Source of the DNA: an uncultured virus (IMG/VR IMGVR_UViG_3300008113_000102)
Taxonomy: Duplodnaviria; Heunggongvirae; Uroviricota; Caudoviricetes
IMG/VR virus record: IMGVR_UViG_3300008113_000102
Strand: one strand, 5' to 3'
DNA length: 20,000 nt
Shown: piece after piece, positions 9,722-16,821 of the stretch
How the letters are laid out: each line of letters starts with the position of its first letter
How positions within the stretch are numbered: position 1 is the stretch's first letter
Program-made: the position numbers and the translations under genes
Notes under the pieces: model-generated
What the model saw: only the letters and a program-made list of their open reading frames with translations
Databases searched by the model: none
What the model was told of the DNA's origin: nothing

Positions 9722-10407
9722 ACTACATTTGGTGTTGATATTGTTACCAATTTTGATGCATCAGAAACTCCATACCCAATTAAAAATTCATTATTAATAA
9801 CTCTTGTTGTTAAGTCATGGTCAATAGCAATTACTTCATTTCTTTCATGCCCCTCTGGATAATATCTAAATCTAATTATTTTACCCTCTGTTCCATCATC
9901 ATTCTGGTAAATAATCTCGTAGTCACTTGATATTAAAGTAGTTACAACCTTACCTGTAAGCTCACCACTTGTAACATAAATCTTATTTTTTATTAAAGTA
10001 GGAGGTATACCTTCTAGTGGACCATTGTACGGCTGGAATATTCTTAACCCAGTAACAAAATTATTTAACGGCTGCCATGGTTTACTTTGACCATCTCTCC
10101 ATAAAAAACATTCTTCAATAGGTATTGAAAAATACTGAATATCTGAAGATGCTTCAGCTGTTGGTCTTAGGTAATTAAAAAGCTTGTATGTATCGTGTGT
10201 AGCATTATGATGTATCAATATCTCAGCACCTTCTGGTATATCTTTAGCTGCTACAACTGTTGCATTTACTGGCTTTACATAACGCATATTAAAGTTATCA
10301 TAAACTCTTTCCAACTTGATTTTAGTGCCATCTTTAAAAGTATGGCTGTTTTTACTTTCTAAATCTACTTTAATAATAACTCTATTTGACGGAGCAATTA
10401 ATTTCAT
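9709..10407 (-). CDS. GroES-like co-chaperonin-fold protein, probably two tandem domains
   Basis: N-terminus MKLIAPSNRVIIKV resembles GroES PLxDRVxV, followed by ATVVAA..IPEGAEILIHH. A second similar start WQPLNNFV occurs near residue 110. Confidence 0.55.
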   Translation of the reverse strand: MKLIAPSNRVIIKVDLESKNSHTFKDGTKIKLERVYDNFNMRYVKPVNATVVAAKDIPEGAEILIHHNATHDTYKLFNYLRPTAEASSDIQYFSIPIEECFLWRDGQSKPWQPLNNFVTGLRIFQPYNGPLEGIPPTLIKNKIYVTSGELTGKVVTTLISSDYEIIYQNDDGTEGKIIRFRYYPEGHERNEVIAIDHDLTTRVINNEFLIGYGVSDASKLVTISTPNVVCLN

Positions 10408-10456
10408 ATTTAATTAATTTAATACAAATGTAGAACTAATTTAATTAATTTAATAC
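10408..10456. repeat. 18-bp exact direct repeat ATTTAATTAATTTAATAC (10408-10425, 10439-10456)
   Basis: Two identical copies with starts 31 nt apart, flanking a promoter element. Confidence 0.85.
10425..10432 (-). promoter_or_regulatory. -7 element TACATTTG driving the packaging/head operon
   Basis: TAnnTTTG match 17 nt upstream of ATG 10407. Confidence 0.65.
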
Positions 10457-10489
10457 TTTTTTTTAAAATAAAAATTACTAAATTTTAAG

Positions 10490-10497
10490 TATATTTG
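10490..10497 (+). promoter_or_regulatory. -7 element TATATTTG driving the paralog pair
   Basis: TAnnTTTG match upstream of an A-rich leader and ATG 10532. Confidence 0.65.
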
Positions 10498-10531
10498 TTG
10501 AAACAATTTATAAACAATAAAATAAAAAAAA

Positions 10532-10885
10532 ATGGCAAATCATGTATCGGTTTATGTTTATCGTAGAAATCAATACGATTTAACAAACGCAAATGGAACA
10601 CCTGCAACAAATGGTGTATTATTTTCTTTACCAACAGCCAACTTACAGGTTCAACCTTCTACGGTTGTGGCGAATGGTGTTCAAATGAACTCATTAATTC
10701 TCATTTACCCTAGTGGTCTTAATCAACCTGCTGAAAAATTATACAGTGACGCAACTGTTGCTGGTTTAATTGCAGCTATTAATGGCGGTGGAATCCAAAC
10801 TACAACCACAACCACTACAACTGCTGCTCCAACCACTACAACTACTACAGCAGCTCCTACAACCACAACAACAACAGCAGCTTAA
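10532..10885 (+). CDS. Small putative virion/decoration protein with Thr-rich tail (paralog A)
   Basis: 117 aa; aligns with the next gene (RNQY.L.N.NGTPAT.G, VANGV.MNS, P.GLNQ, Y..ATVA); ends in poly-Thr/AAP repeats. Confidence 0.7.
   Translation: MANHVSVYVYRRNQYDLTNANGTPATNGVLFSLPTANLQVQPSTVVANGVQMNSLILIYPSGLNQPAEKLYSDATVAGLIAAINGGGIQTTTTTTTTAAPTTTTTTAAPTTTTTTAA
10799..10882 (+). repeat. Coding repeat of poly-Thr + AAP units
   Basis: ACN codon runs with ~27-nt units and mixed synonymous codons. Confidence 0.85.
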
Positions 10886-10919
10886 CCAAAAATTTAAAAA
10901 CAAATAAAAACATTATAAA

Positions 10920-11183
10920 ATGGCACAAATAGTATCAATTACTGCATATCAAAGAAATCAATATGCTTTATTAAACCCAAATGGAACTCCAGCAACATCT
11001 GGTATTGCTTACGGATTCCCAGTTGAAGGATTTGTAGCTTACCCAGCTCCTTCTGGAACAGTAGCAAACGGAGTAACTATGAACTCAATTGTTGAAGTAG
11101 CTCCAACAGGACTAAATCAAGTACCTGTTTACTTCTACACAAATGCCACTGTAGCGCAAATTAATGCAGCTGCAAACGCTTAA
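10920..11183 (+). CDS. Small putative virion/decoration protein (paralog B)
   Basis: 87 aa; clear paralog of 10532-10885 lacking the Thr tail; followed by a terminator. Confidence 0.7.
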   Translation: MAQIVSITAYQRNQYALLNPNGTPATSGIAYGFPVEGFVAYPAPSGTVANGVTMNSIVEVAPTGLNQVPVYFYTNATVAQINAAANA

Positions 11184-11192
11184 ATAAATTAG

Positions 11193-11217
11193 GCCCCTAT
11201 TTTTTAGGGGCTTTTTT
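11193..11217 (+). terminator. Intrinsic terminator between convergent genes
   Basis: GCCCCTA-ttttt-TAGGGGC followed by TTTTTT; overlaps the stop codon of the opposing gene. Confidence 0.8.
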
Positions 11218-11340
11218 ATTTTCTTTATATACTGTTTTTAGATTTTTGTAGATTCTTTCTGCATCATCAATAGTCTTGCCTGAACCGGCAGCTAGAGCAA
11301 CAGATAATCTTCTTAGTTTTTTGGCGGCCTTGTTATTCAT
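11197..11340 (-). CDS. Small basic hypothetical protein (47 aa)
   Basis: MNNKAAKKLRRL... ATG 11340 follows the upstream stop by 2 nt, so it is preferred over the longer track start at 11418. Confidence 0.55.
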   Translation of the reverse strand: MNNKAAKKLRRLSVALAAGSGKTIDDAERIYKNLKTVYKENKKAPKK

Positions 11341-11342
11341 AT

Positions 11343-11609
11343 TTAGTATGTATTTATAAAAATTGGTGTTTGTTCTCCAACATAAGTGTTGAAACAATTG
11401 TATTCTAAAAATTCCCAAGCATCTTCTTCGGTCATTTCAGGATCCATATTCAATAATAAATCAACCATAATCTCTTTAGAATATACAAGTTGACCATTAT
11501 CGGTTAATCCAAGAATAGCTTTATCATAACCGTCTTTGTTTCCATCAAACCCATCAGGTTTTAATGCCAAACATTCTTCGGCAGTTTGTAAAATTAATTC
11601 CAAATCCAT
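11343..11609 (-). CDS. Conserved phage hypothetical protein
   Basis: Motif DGYDKAILG...VYS...MTEEDAWEF..YN....YVGEQTPIF, recognised as a widespread uncharacterised phage family. Confidence 0.7.
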   Translation of the reverse strand: MDLELILQTAEECLALKPDGFDGNKDGYDKAILGLTDNGQLVYSKEIMVDLLLNMDPEMTEEDAWEFLEYNCFNTYVGEQTPIFINTY

Positions 11610-11619
11610 GTTTTAGTTT

Positions 11620-11742
11620 TTATCTCCCCTGACCTCTATATTCTTTAGGTTTAGGAGTGTGTTTGTTATAGGTTTTTTTTGCGCTTCCTGTCTTTCTTTT
11701 ACCGAATGAAATTTTTCTTGAATCGGATTTAACTTTCGCCAT
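11620..11742 (-). CDS. 40-aa basic microprotein ending YRGQGR
   Basis: Manual translation MAKVKSDSRKISFGKRKTGSAKKTYNKHTPKPKEYRGQGR fills the gap in the operon. The C-terminal YRGQG(R/K) is familiar from small phage proteins. Confidence 0.7.
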   Translation of the reverse strand: MAKVKSDSRKISFGKRKTGSAKKTYNKHTPKPKEYRGQGR

Positions 11743-12016
11743 TTTGATGTTTTTTAAGGATTAATTGGTACGAATATAAACCATTTCCTTCATATCTTTT
11801 ATTCAAGGTATGGCCACCAAATTTTTCTTTTCTAAAATCCCTTAATCCAGCAGAAACTGATGCTTCAGGAACACCTATAAATTTAGATATTTCCCCAAGC
11901 GTCCTGTATACACTATCTTTCATAAGTTCTTTTAACTTGAAATGGTTGTTGGCCAACCTTTGATAATCCCTTTCCTTAACATAATCAGCGCCATCAAATT
12001 GTAACTGTTGTTGCAT
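11729..12016 (-). CDS. Winged-helix DNA-binding protein
   Basis: RTLGEISKFIGVPEASVSAGLRDFRK HTH followed by a beta-hairpin wing (RYEGNGLYSYQL). Confidence 0.7.
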   Translation of the reverse strand: MQQQLQFDGADYVKERDYQRLANNHFKLKELMKDSVYRTLGEISKFIGVPEASVSAGLRDFRKEKFGGHTLNKRYEGNGLYSYQLILKKHQNGES

Positions 12017-12020
12017 AGTA

Positions 12021-12245
12021 TTACTTTTTATTTTTAAAATAATCTAGGTCAATATTTCCTCCGTCCATTTTATTTGGGTAGACGATAATGTCGGTGTCGT
12101 AAAAGTTCCGCACGATACCACTGTCGTGTAATATGACTTTCCAAACAGTATTGATTTCACTTCCATAATCAATCCATGCGATTGCTTTTCCTTTTCCGAG
12201 TGGTGTATGGACATCTATAATATTTTTTAATTCATGAATATACAT
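12021..12245 (-). CDS. Conserved phage hypothetical protein
   Basis: 74 aa with V.TPLG.G.A...IDYG.E....W.V motif; TAATG overlap with ssb. Confidence 0.65.
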   Translation of the reverse strand: MYIHELKNIIDVHTPLGKGKAIAWIDYGSEINTVWKVILHDSGIVRNFYDTDIIVYPNKMDGGNIDLDYFKNKK

Positions 12246-12583
12246 TAAAATGGGGCTTCCTCTTGTTTACCAGAAAGCAGTTGCAATGTAGCTACTCTTG
12301 CGTGTAATTGAGCAATTGTTTCGTTAGTGTTAGCATTTGTATAATTCTTTGCTTCTGGTTTACCTTCCATGTAAATCAAAGTCCCTTTCTTTAAATAACT
12401 AGCAACATTGATTTTTTCGGTCCAATATGCACATGAAATCCAAGTTGTTTTATCAACTTCTTGACCATCTTGCTTCTTAAACTTTTCACTGTAAGCCATT
12501 GAGAAATTAATCACCGTCTTACCATTTACATTGTTTACTACTGCATCTTGACCTAATCTTCCGATTACTGAAATTCTAATCAT
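12245..12583 (-). CDS. ssb: Single-stranded DNA-binding protein
   Basis: IGRLGQDA, NFSMA, TTWISC..W, YLKKGTLIYMEGK and acidic C-terminal EEAPF. Confidence 0.93.
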   Translation of the reverse strand: MIRISVIGRLGQDAVVNNVNGKTVINFSMAYSEKFKKQDGQEVDKTTWISCAYWTEKINVASYLKKGTLIYMEGKPEAKNYTNANTNETIAQLHARVATLQLLSGKQEEAPF

Positions 12584-12603
12584 TGTTTTGTTTTTTATAA
12601 TTA

Positions 12604-14469
12604 TTAAAATATTACTTCTTCTCCGTTTTCATCTTGGTATGGAAGCCAAGCTTGACTTGCTTCTTTTCTTTTCCAAAATTCATAATTCTTTTTATTTAAC
12701 ATCTCTTGTATAAAATCCCTTCCTTCAATAAAAAATCTCCTTCTTTCCCAAACATATTCAACTAACATAAAACCTTTTCTACCAACGCTTTTCTTTTTAA
12801 TCTTTTTTGAATGAAATTCTGCTAAAGGATTATTAGGATCCGTTTGTGCAAATGGTCTATGATAAACTAATATATTATCCATTTTATTATTCCACATTGC
12901 GCCATCAGCTACATCAAAAACATCAGGACATTTATAGTTACCTGTCTTATCTCTTTCCATTAATTTAGGATGCGCAATTACCCAGAAATATACATCATTT
13001 TTCTTTGCAAATCTTGAAAAGTCAGCCAATAATGTTTCAAGGTATTTATCTGTTCTCCCACCAAATCCTTTGTAATCATTTGTCATCTGATTGAACGGAT
13101 CAATACAACAAAAATCAACCTTCTCTTGCACAATCAATTCAAGAAACTTCTCCTTAATATACTGGGGGGTAGGGGAAAGCATTTCTGCGCTGATGTAAAA
13201 AATGTGTTTAGATATGAAATCATAAGCAGCTTCATAAACCTCGTTTGATGGTCTATTTGGATTAAATGGGGTACACTCACAGCCCAATAACATCTCAACA
13301 TAATCATGAAAATATTCTTCAGCTGGTGTATCTTCAGGTGAGAAAGTAGCAATCTTCTCCCCAAACATTATAATTCTTCCTAAAATCTGTGATTTCTGCC
13401 AAGCGGTCTTTCCGTAGTTACCAATACCGGTCAATAGTGTTATTTCTCCTCTTTTTGGCTTGAACAAATAATCAAGCTCAGGTATACCAACCCCCATAAT
13501 CTTCTCAAACCCTTTTTCGTTTATTGACAAAGCCCTATCCTTAACATCAATACCATAAACCACATCCTCAATCCTATAATTCTCACCGTTTTCTTCTGTA
13601 AATTCACGCTTTACATCAATCTCATAATTAGTTTCTTTACTAACCAACTTCTCTTTCTGTATGGAAGCCGTTCCAAAATTGTTCCTATTTGCCCTATATC
13701 CGCTCTTTACGGCACTTTTCATCTCCGACATGGTAAAGTCATTGCTGACGGTGTATTCTGCCGAAATTAGGCCTAATGCAGCGTTTTCATCAATACCGAA
13801 ACGGCAACATGCGGATGCTAATTTGAAAATATATGTATTTCGCTCTCCTGTAACAAAAGCATCGTTCTTATTCGTAAGCCATTTTAATATTCTACGAAAG
13901 TTTTCGGAGTCATCTACATTCTGGTTCTCGGTTACGGTTATCTTCTCAATTTTCTTAGCCTTTGCAAACACAGCAGCCTTATCGTTTACATAAATTTCAG
14001 GATCAAAGCTTTCGTAACAAACCCTACTTACATTGATTCCACTCCTGTCAATCTCAGGAAATACTTCCTGTAAAGACTGAAAATGCTCTCTATGCTTTGA
14101 ACCGTCAGCTATTTTTACCAATGCTTTTAACCCATTACCAGATGGACTAACCCAACAAGCATACACAAAATCGTGTGAAATTATATCGGTTTGCTTATCC
14201 CTTAATTCAGATATGTCATCAAAATCAAGCACAATGAAACCACTATGCTCAATAAGCTGCTCATCTTTCCTGTCATTACCAAATTTACCACTAAAGCAAA
14301 CTGAAGGTAAATTTAACTTAATCTTATTAGCCTTTTCCTTGTCAAGAGTATTCCTGATTTCGGTAACCAGTTCCTTACTTGAACCAGATTTAATTCTTTC
14401 TAAAGCTTTTTCAATTGTGATAAAGTGAGGTTCCTTGCTAAAAATGTTTTTAAAAATAGTAGCTATCAT
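12604..14469 (-). CDS. Primase-helicase fusion: VirE_N/BT4734-like + PriCT-like + SF4 (DnaB/Twinkle-like) helicase
   Basis: K.NLPSVCFSGKF, HSGFIVLDFDD, WVSPSGNGLKALV, SRVCYESFDP (VirE_N-like); GERNTYIFKLA (PriCT-like); TGIGNYGKT Walker A, CCIDPFN Walker B, WVIAHP, WNNKMDN (SF4). Confidence 0.82.
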   Translation of the reverse strand: MIATIFKNIFSKEPHFITIEKALERIKSGSSKELVTEIRNTLDKEKANKIKLNLPSVCFSGKFGNDRKDEQLIEHSGFIVLDFDDISELRDKQTDIISHDFVYACWVSPSGNGLKALVKIADGSKHREHFQSLQEVFPEIDRSGINVSRVCYESFDPEIYVNDKAAVFAKAKKIEKITVTENQNVDDSENFRRILKWLTNKNDAFVTGERNTYIFKLASACCRFGIDENAALGLISAEYTVSNDFTMSEMKSAVKSGYRANRNNFGTASIQKEKLVSKETNYEIDVKREFTEENGENYRIEDVVYGIDVKDRALSINEKGFEKIMGVGIPELDYLFKPKRGEITLLTGIGNYGKTAWQKSQILGRIIMFGEKIATFSPEDTPAEEYFHDYVEMLLGCECTPFNPNRPSNEVYEAAYDFISKHIFYISAEMLSPTPQYIKEKFLELIVQEKVDFCCIDPFNQMTNDYKGFGGRTDKYLETLLADFSRFAKKNDVYFWVIAHPKLMERDKTGNYKCPDVFDVADGAMWNNKMDNILVYHRPFAQTDPNNPLAEFHSKKIKKKSVGRKGFMLVEYVWERRRFFIEGRDFIQEMLNKKNYEFWKRKEASQAWLPYQDENGEEVIF

Positions 14470-14473
14470 CGTA

Positions 14474-15202
14474 TTAATTTAAAGTTTTTCCTAATTCCTG
14501 TTGTCTTTTCTTGTAAGCTTCAAAATCGTTATTTTTATAAATCTGCTGCTTTGGTAAATCTAAACCAACCAATTCATCATTCCATGAACTGTTGTTAAAG
14601 AAAGTTTGAGGATCCTTCCTGAATTTTTTATCTGGTTGGATAGTCTTGTATTTTGGTAAATAGTCAATGATTGATTTTCTATCTGAATCTTGCAATGACT
14701 CCCACTTCTTTTTTAACTTATCCTTATCACCCACTTTCTTGTCATATAAATCCCAAAAAATATCAAACGATATATTTATTTCTTTTATTTCCTTTCCTTT
14801 TATTTCCTTTCCTTTCCTTTCCTTTTTAGCATTGCTATCGGATTGCGTTTGCATTGCGTTCGCATTTTCCCATCTGTAACTAGCTGATTTTCTTGCTTTT
14901 GCGCTCTTGTCATTTCTTTGTTCAAGTCTTTCTTGTACAGAATTACTGCCAAAATAATCACCATTAAAAATGAATAAATCAAAGTCATTTACTACGCTCG
15001 CTACTAAGTCGCTATCCGACCTTAAGTCATACGCAATGCCTTCGTAATCCATTCGCAATGCGTTCGCATTATTATATAAATCCTCAACTATTGACCAAAA
15101 AACACCATAGCCCTGCATACCATGTTTTCTAATCAACCTTTTAATCTTCTCATCATTACGAGCATTATAGTCGTGTGAGAAGTAGAATGTATCTTTTGGC
15201 AT
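14474..15202 (-). CDS. Replication initiator-like protein (DUF4373/Lin1244-like N-terminus)
   Basis: YFSHDYNARNDEKI...HGMQGYGVFW N-terminus, KERKGKEIKGKEIKE linker, FDIFWDLY.KK...KDPQTFFN...W.DE C-terminus typical of phage replisome organisers; upstream of the helicase. Confidence 0.78.
   Translation of the reverse strand: MPKDTFYFSHDYNARNDEKIKRLIRKHGMQGYGVFWSIVEDLYNNANALRMDYEGIAYDLRSDSDLVASVVNDFDLFIFNGDYFGSNSVQERLEQRNDKSAKARKSASYRWENANAMQTQSDSNAKKERKGKEIKGKEIKEINISFDIFWDLYDKKVGDKDKLKKKWESLQDSDRKSIIDYLPKYKTIQPDKKFRKDPQTFFNNSSWNDELVGLDLPKQQIYKNNDFEAYKKRQQELGKTLN
14776..15070. repeat. Putative replication origin: 11-bp iterons plus a pyrimidine tract within the initiator gene
   Basis: GCATTGCTATC/GGATTGCGTTT/GCATTGCGTTC/GCATT at 14829-14866; CGCAATGCCTT/CGTAATCCATT/CGCAATGCGTT/CGCATT at 15032-15070; TTTCC/TTTAT tract at 14776-14827. 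Confidence 0.6.
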
Positions 15203-15211
15203 TTTTATTAC

Positions 15212-15409
15212 TTAATCGTTTACTAAATCGGTTTTCAAAGCTTCATTTATGCGAGTAATTTCACTATCAGTGAATAATAACTTACCCTGCATCTTGCGTG
15301 ATAATTCCGATTCTGGTATCTTGGCATTTAATGAAAGCCAACGCTGTGTACGACCATCCATGGCTTCCTTGATTCGTTCATGAAGCTTCATTGTTTTAAT
15401 TTCTTCCAT
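15212..15409 (-). CDS. Cro-like XRE HTH regulator
   Basis: 65 aa, RTQRWLSLNAKIPESELSRKMQGKLLFTDSEITRI; first gene of the replication operon. Confidence 0.75.
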   Translation of the reverse strand: MEEIKTMKLHERIKEAMDGRTQRWLSLNAKIPESELSRKMQGKLLFTDSEITRINEALKTDLVND

Positions 15410-15428
15410 AAAATTTATTGTTGAACAG

Positions 15429-15515
15429 CAAAAATAGTATTAATTTTTAAATTCCCAAATATTTTTAATTTTTTTTAAAAATAATTTTGTGGTTTAATTA
15501 ATTTAATTAAATTTG
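15429..15515. promoter_or_regulatory. Divergent promoter region
   Basis: Minus-strand TATTTTTG at 15429-15436; plus-strand TAATTTTG at 15482-15489 and TAAATTTG at 15508-15515; motif TTTAATTAATTTAAT at 15493-15507. Confidence 0.65.
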
Positions 15516-15518
15516 CAA

Positions 15519-15689
15519 ATGGAAAATAGGGAACTAATATATGAGCTGGCTAAAAAGCTTGATTTAATAATAGAAGTAACAAAGGATGGTAAATACACTG
15601 GTAAATATAGATTCATAAATAATAAACTACATAAATTAAACGAAGATGAGAAACTCAACGATAATAGTAAAGAAAAAAAGGTGCGTTAG
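15519..15689 (+). CDS. 56-aa hypothetical protein
   Basis: Manual translation MENRELIYELAKKLDLIIEVTKDGKYTGKYRFINNKLHKL...; fills the gap after the promoter and overlaps the next gene by 44 nt. Confidence 0.5.
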   Translation: MENRELIYELAKKLDLIIEVTKDGKYTGKYRFINNKLHKLNEDEKLNDNSKEKKVR

Positions 15690-16182
15690 ATGCGGTAACA
15701 TTGATTACCATTTTTCTAAAAAGATGTGTAAGCAATGCGCTACTATTGAATCTACTCAAAGAAGAATGGAAGAATTTGAAGATGATGGTGAAAGCTTTCA
15801 AAATCTTGTTTCAGATTTAGATCATGTATTCAGCCAGTACATTAGATGTAAATATGCCGGCAAAGATGGCATGGTAGAATGTTATACATCTGGCAAAAAG
15901 ATGAGGTGGCAGGAGATACAATGCGGCCACTTTATACCAAGGGCAAATCTTGGAACTAGATGGTTAGAAGCTAATTGTAGACCACAATCAATGGAAGAAA
16001 ATTACTTTAAGATGGGTAATTTGGAAGAGTTTGAATATAAGTTAGACGCAGAGAATAATGGTGTTGTAGAATACTTGAGAGAAACAGCAAGGCAGGTTGC
16101 TAAGCCAACTAAGGATGAATTAAAAGCTTTAATCATTGAATATAGGTCCAAATTAAATTTGGTAAAGAAGAAGTTTAATTAA
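15646..16182 (+). CDS. NinG/Rap-like recombination endonuclease with N-terminal CxxC-CxxC finger
   Basis: LDHVFSQYIR...C.TSGK...QCGHFIPR....TRW.E.NC.PQ...N pattern of the NinG family. Confidence 0.75.
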   Translation: MRNSTIIVKKKRCVRCGNIDYHFSKKMCKQCATIESTQRRMEEFEDDGESFQNLVSDLDHVFSQYIRCKYAGKDGMVECYTSGKKMRWQEIQCGHFIPRANLGTRWLEANCRPQSMEENYFKMGNLEEFEYKLDAENNGVVEYLRETARQVAKPTKDELKALIIEYRSKLNLVKKKFN

Positions 16183-16211
16183 ATTTATTTTTTTAATTAA
16201 ATTAATTAAAT

Positions 16212-16219
16212 TAATTTTG
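16212..16219 (+). promoter_or_regulatory. -7 element TAATTTTG
   Basis: TAnnTTTG 25 nt upstream of ATG 16245, directly preceded by the recurrent 15-bp motif in reverse orientation. Confidence 0.6.
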
Positions 16220-16244
16220 TATTCAAACATTAAAAACACATAAA

Positions 16245-16442
16245 ATGGCAAGAAACATTAGTCCAGATTCGGTATCAAGTAAAGTATCGGATCTCAAAGT
16301 AGGAGAAAGTTTACTATTAGAAAACCCATATACTTCAGTAATGGTTATGGTTTCTAATCTTAAAAGAAAAGAAGAGCATAAAGCAAAGGTATTCAAAATC
16401 AAAGCAGAGGACAAGCAAACCAATGTAACCAGATTAAAATAA
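16245..16442 (+). CDS. Small basic protein, possible winged-helix DNA binder
   Basis: 65 aa with DLKVGES...FKIK....VTRLK pattern; has its own promoter. Confidence 0.55.
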   Translation: MARNISPDSVSSKVSDLKVGESLLLENPYTSVMVMVSNLKRKEEHKAKVFKIKAEDKQTNVTRLK

Positions 16443-16447
16443 GTAAT

Positions 16448-16819
16448 ATGCATATACAAACCATTAACTACACCAGAACATTTAATTTAGGTAACTATTC
16501 ATCAGAAAAAATAGGGGTTGAGTTTGCTTTGAATCCGGGTGAATCAGCAGATAAGGCTCTTGATAATGCAAGGCAACTGGTTGAAGAGTACCATAAAAAA
16601 AGTGTTAAACAAATTGAAGAAGCTGGCCTTTATTTTGAACAAGATGAACCAATTGTTGAAAAAGTAATCCCAACACAATCAAAAAAGACACTAACAGAAA
16701 GAACAAAAGAGTTTATTAATTCTTGCACAACAAAACAGGAGTTAAAAGCTTGGGAACTAATGTGTAAAAATAATTCTGAATTGCTGGAATATTATAATAA
16801 CAAACTAAACAACCTTTAA
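16448..16819 (+). CDS. Hypothetical protein
   Basis: 123-aa ORF with a RTFNLGNYSSEKI motif, tightly packed in the operon. Confidence 0.65.
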   Translation: MHIQTINYTRTFNLGNYSSEKIGVEFALNPGESADKALDNARQLVEEYHKKSVKQIEEAGLYFEQDEPIVEKVIPTQSKKTLTERTKEFINSCTTKQELKAWELMCKNNSELLEYYNNKLNNL

Positions 16820-16821
16820 TT

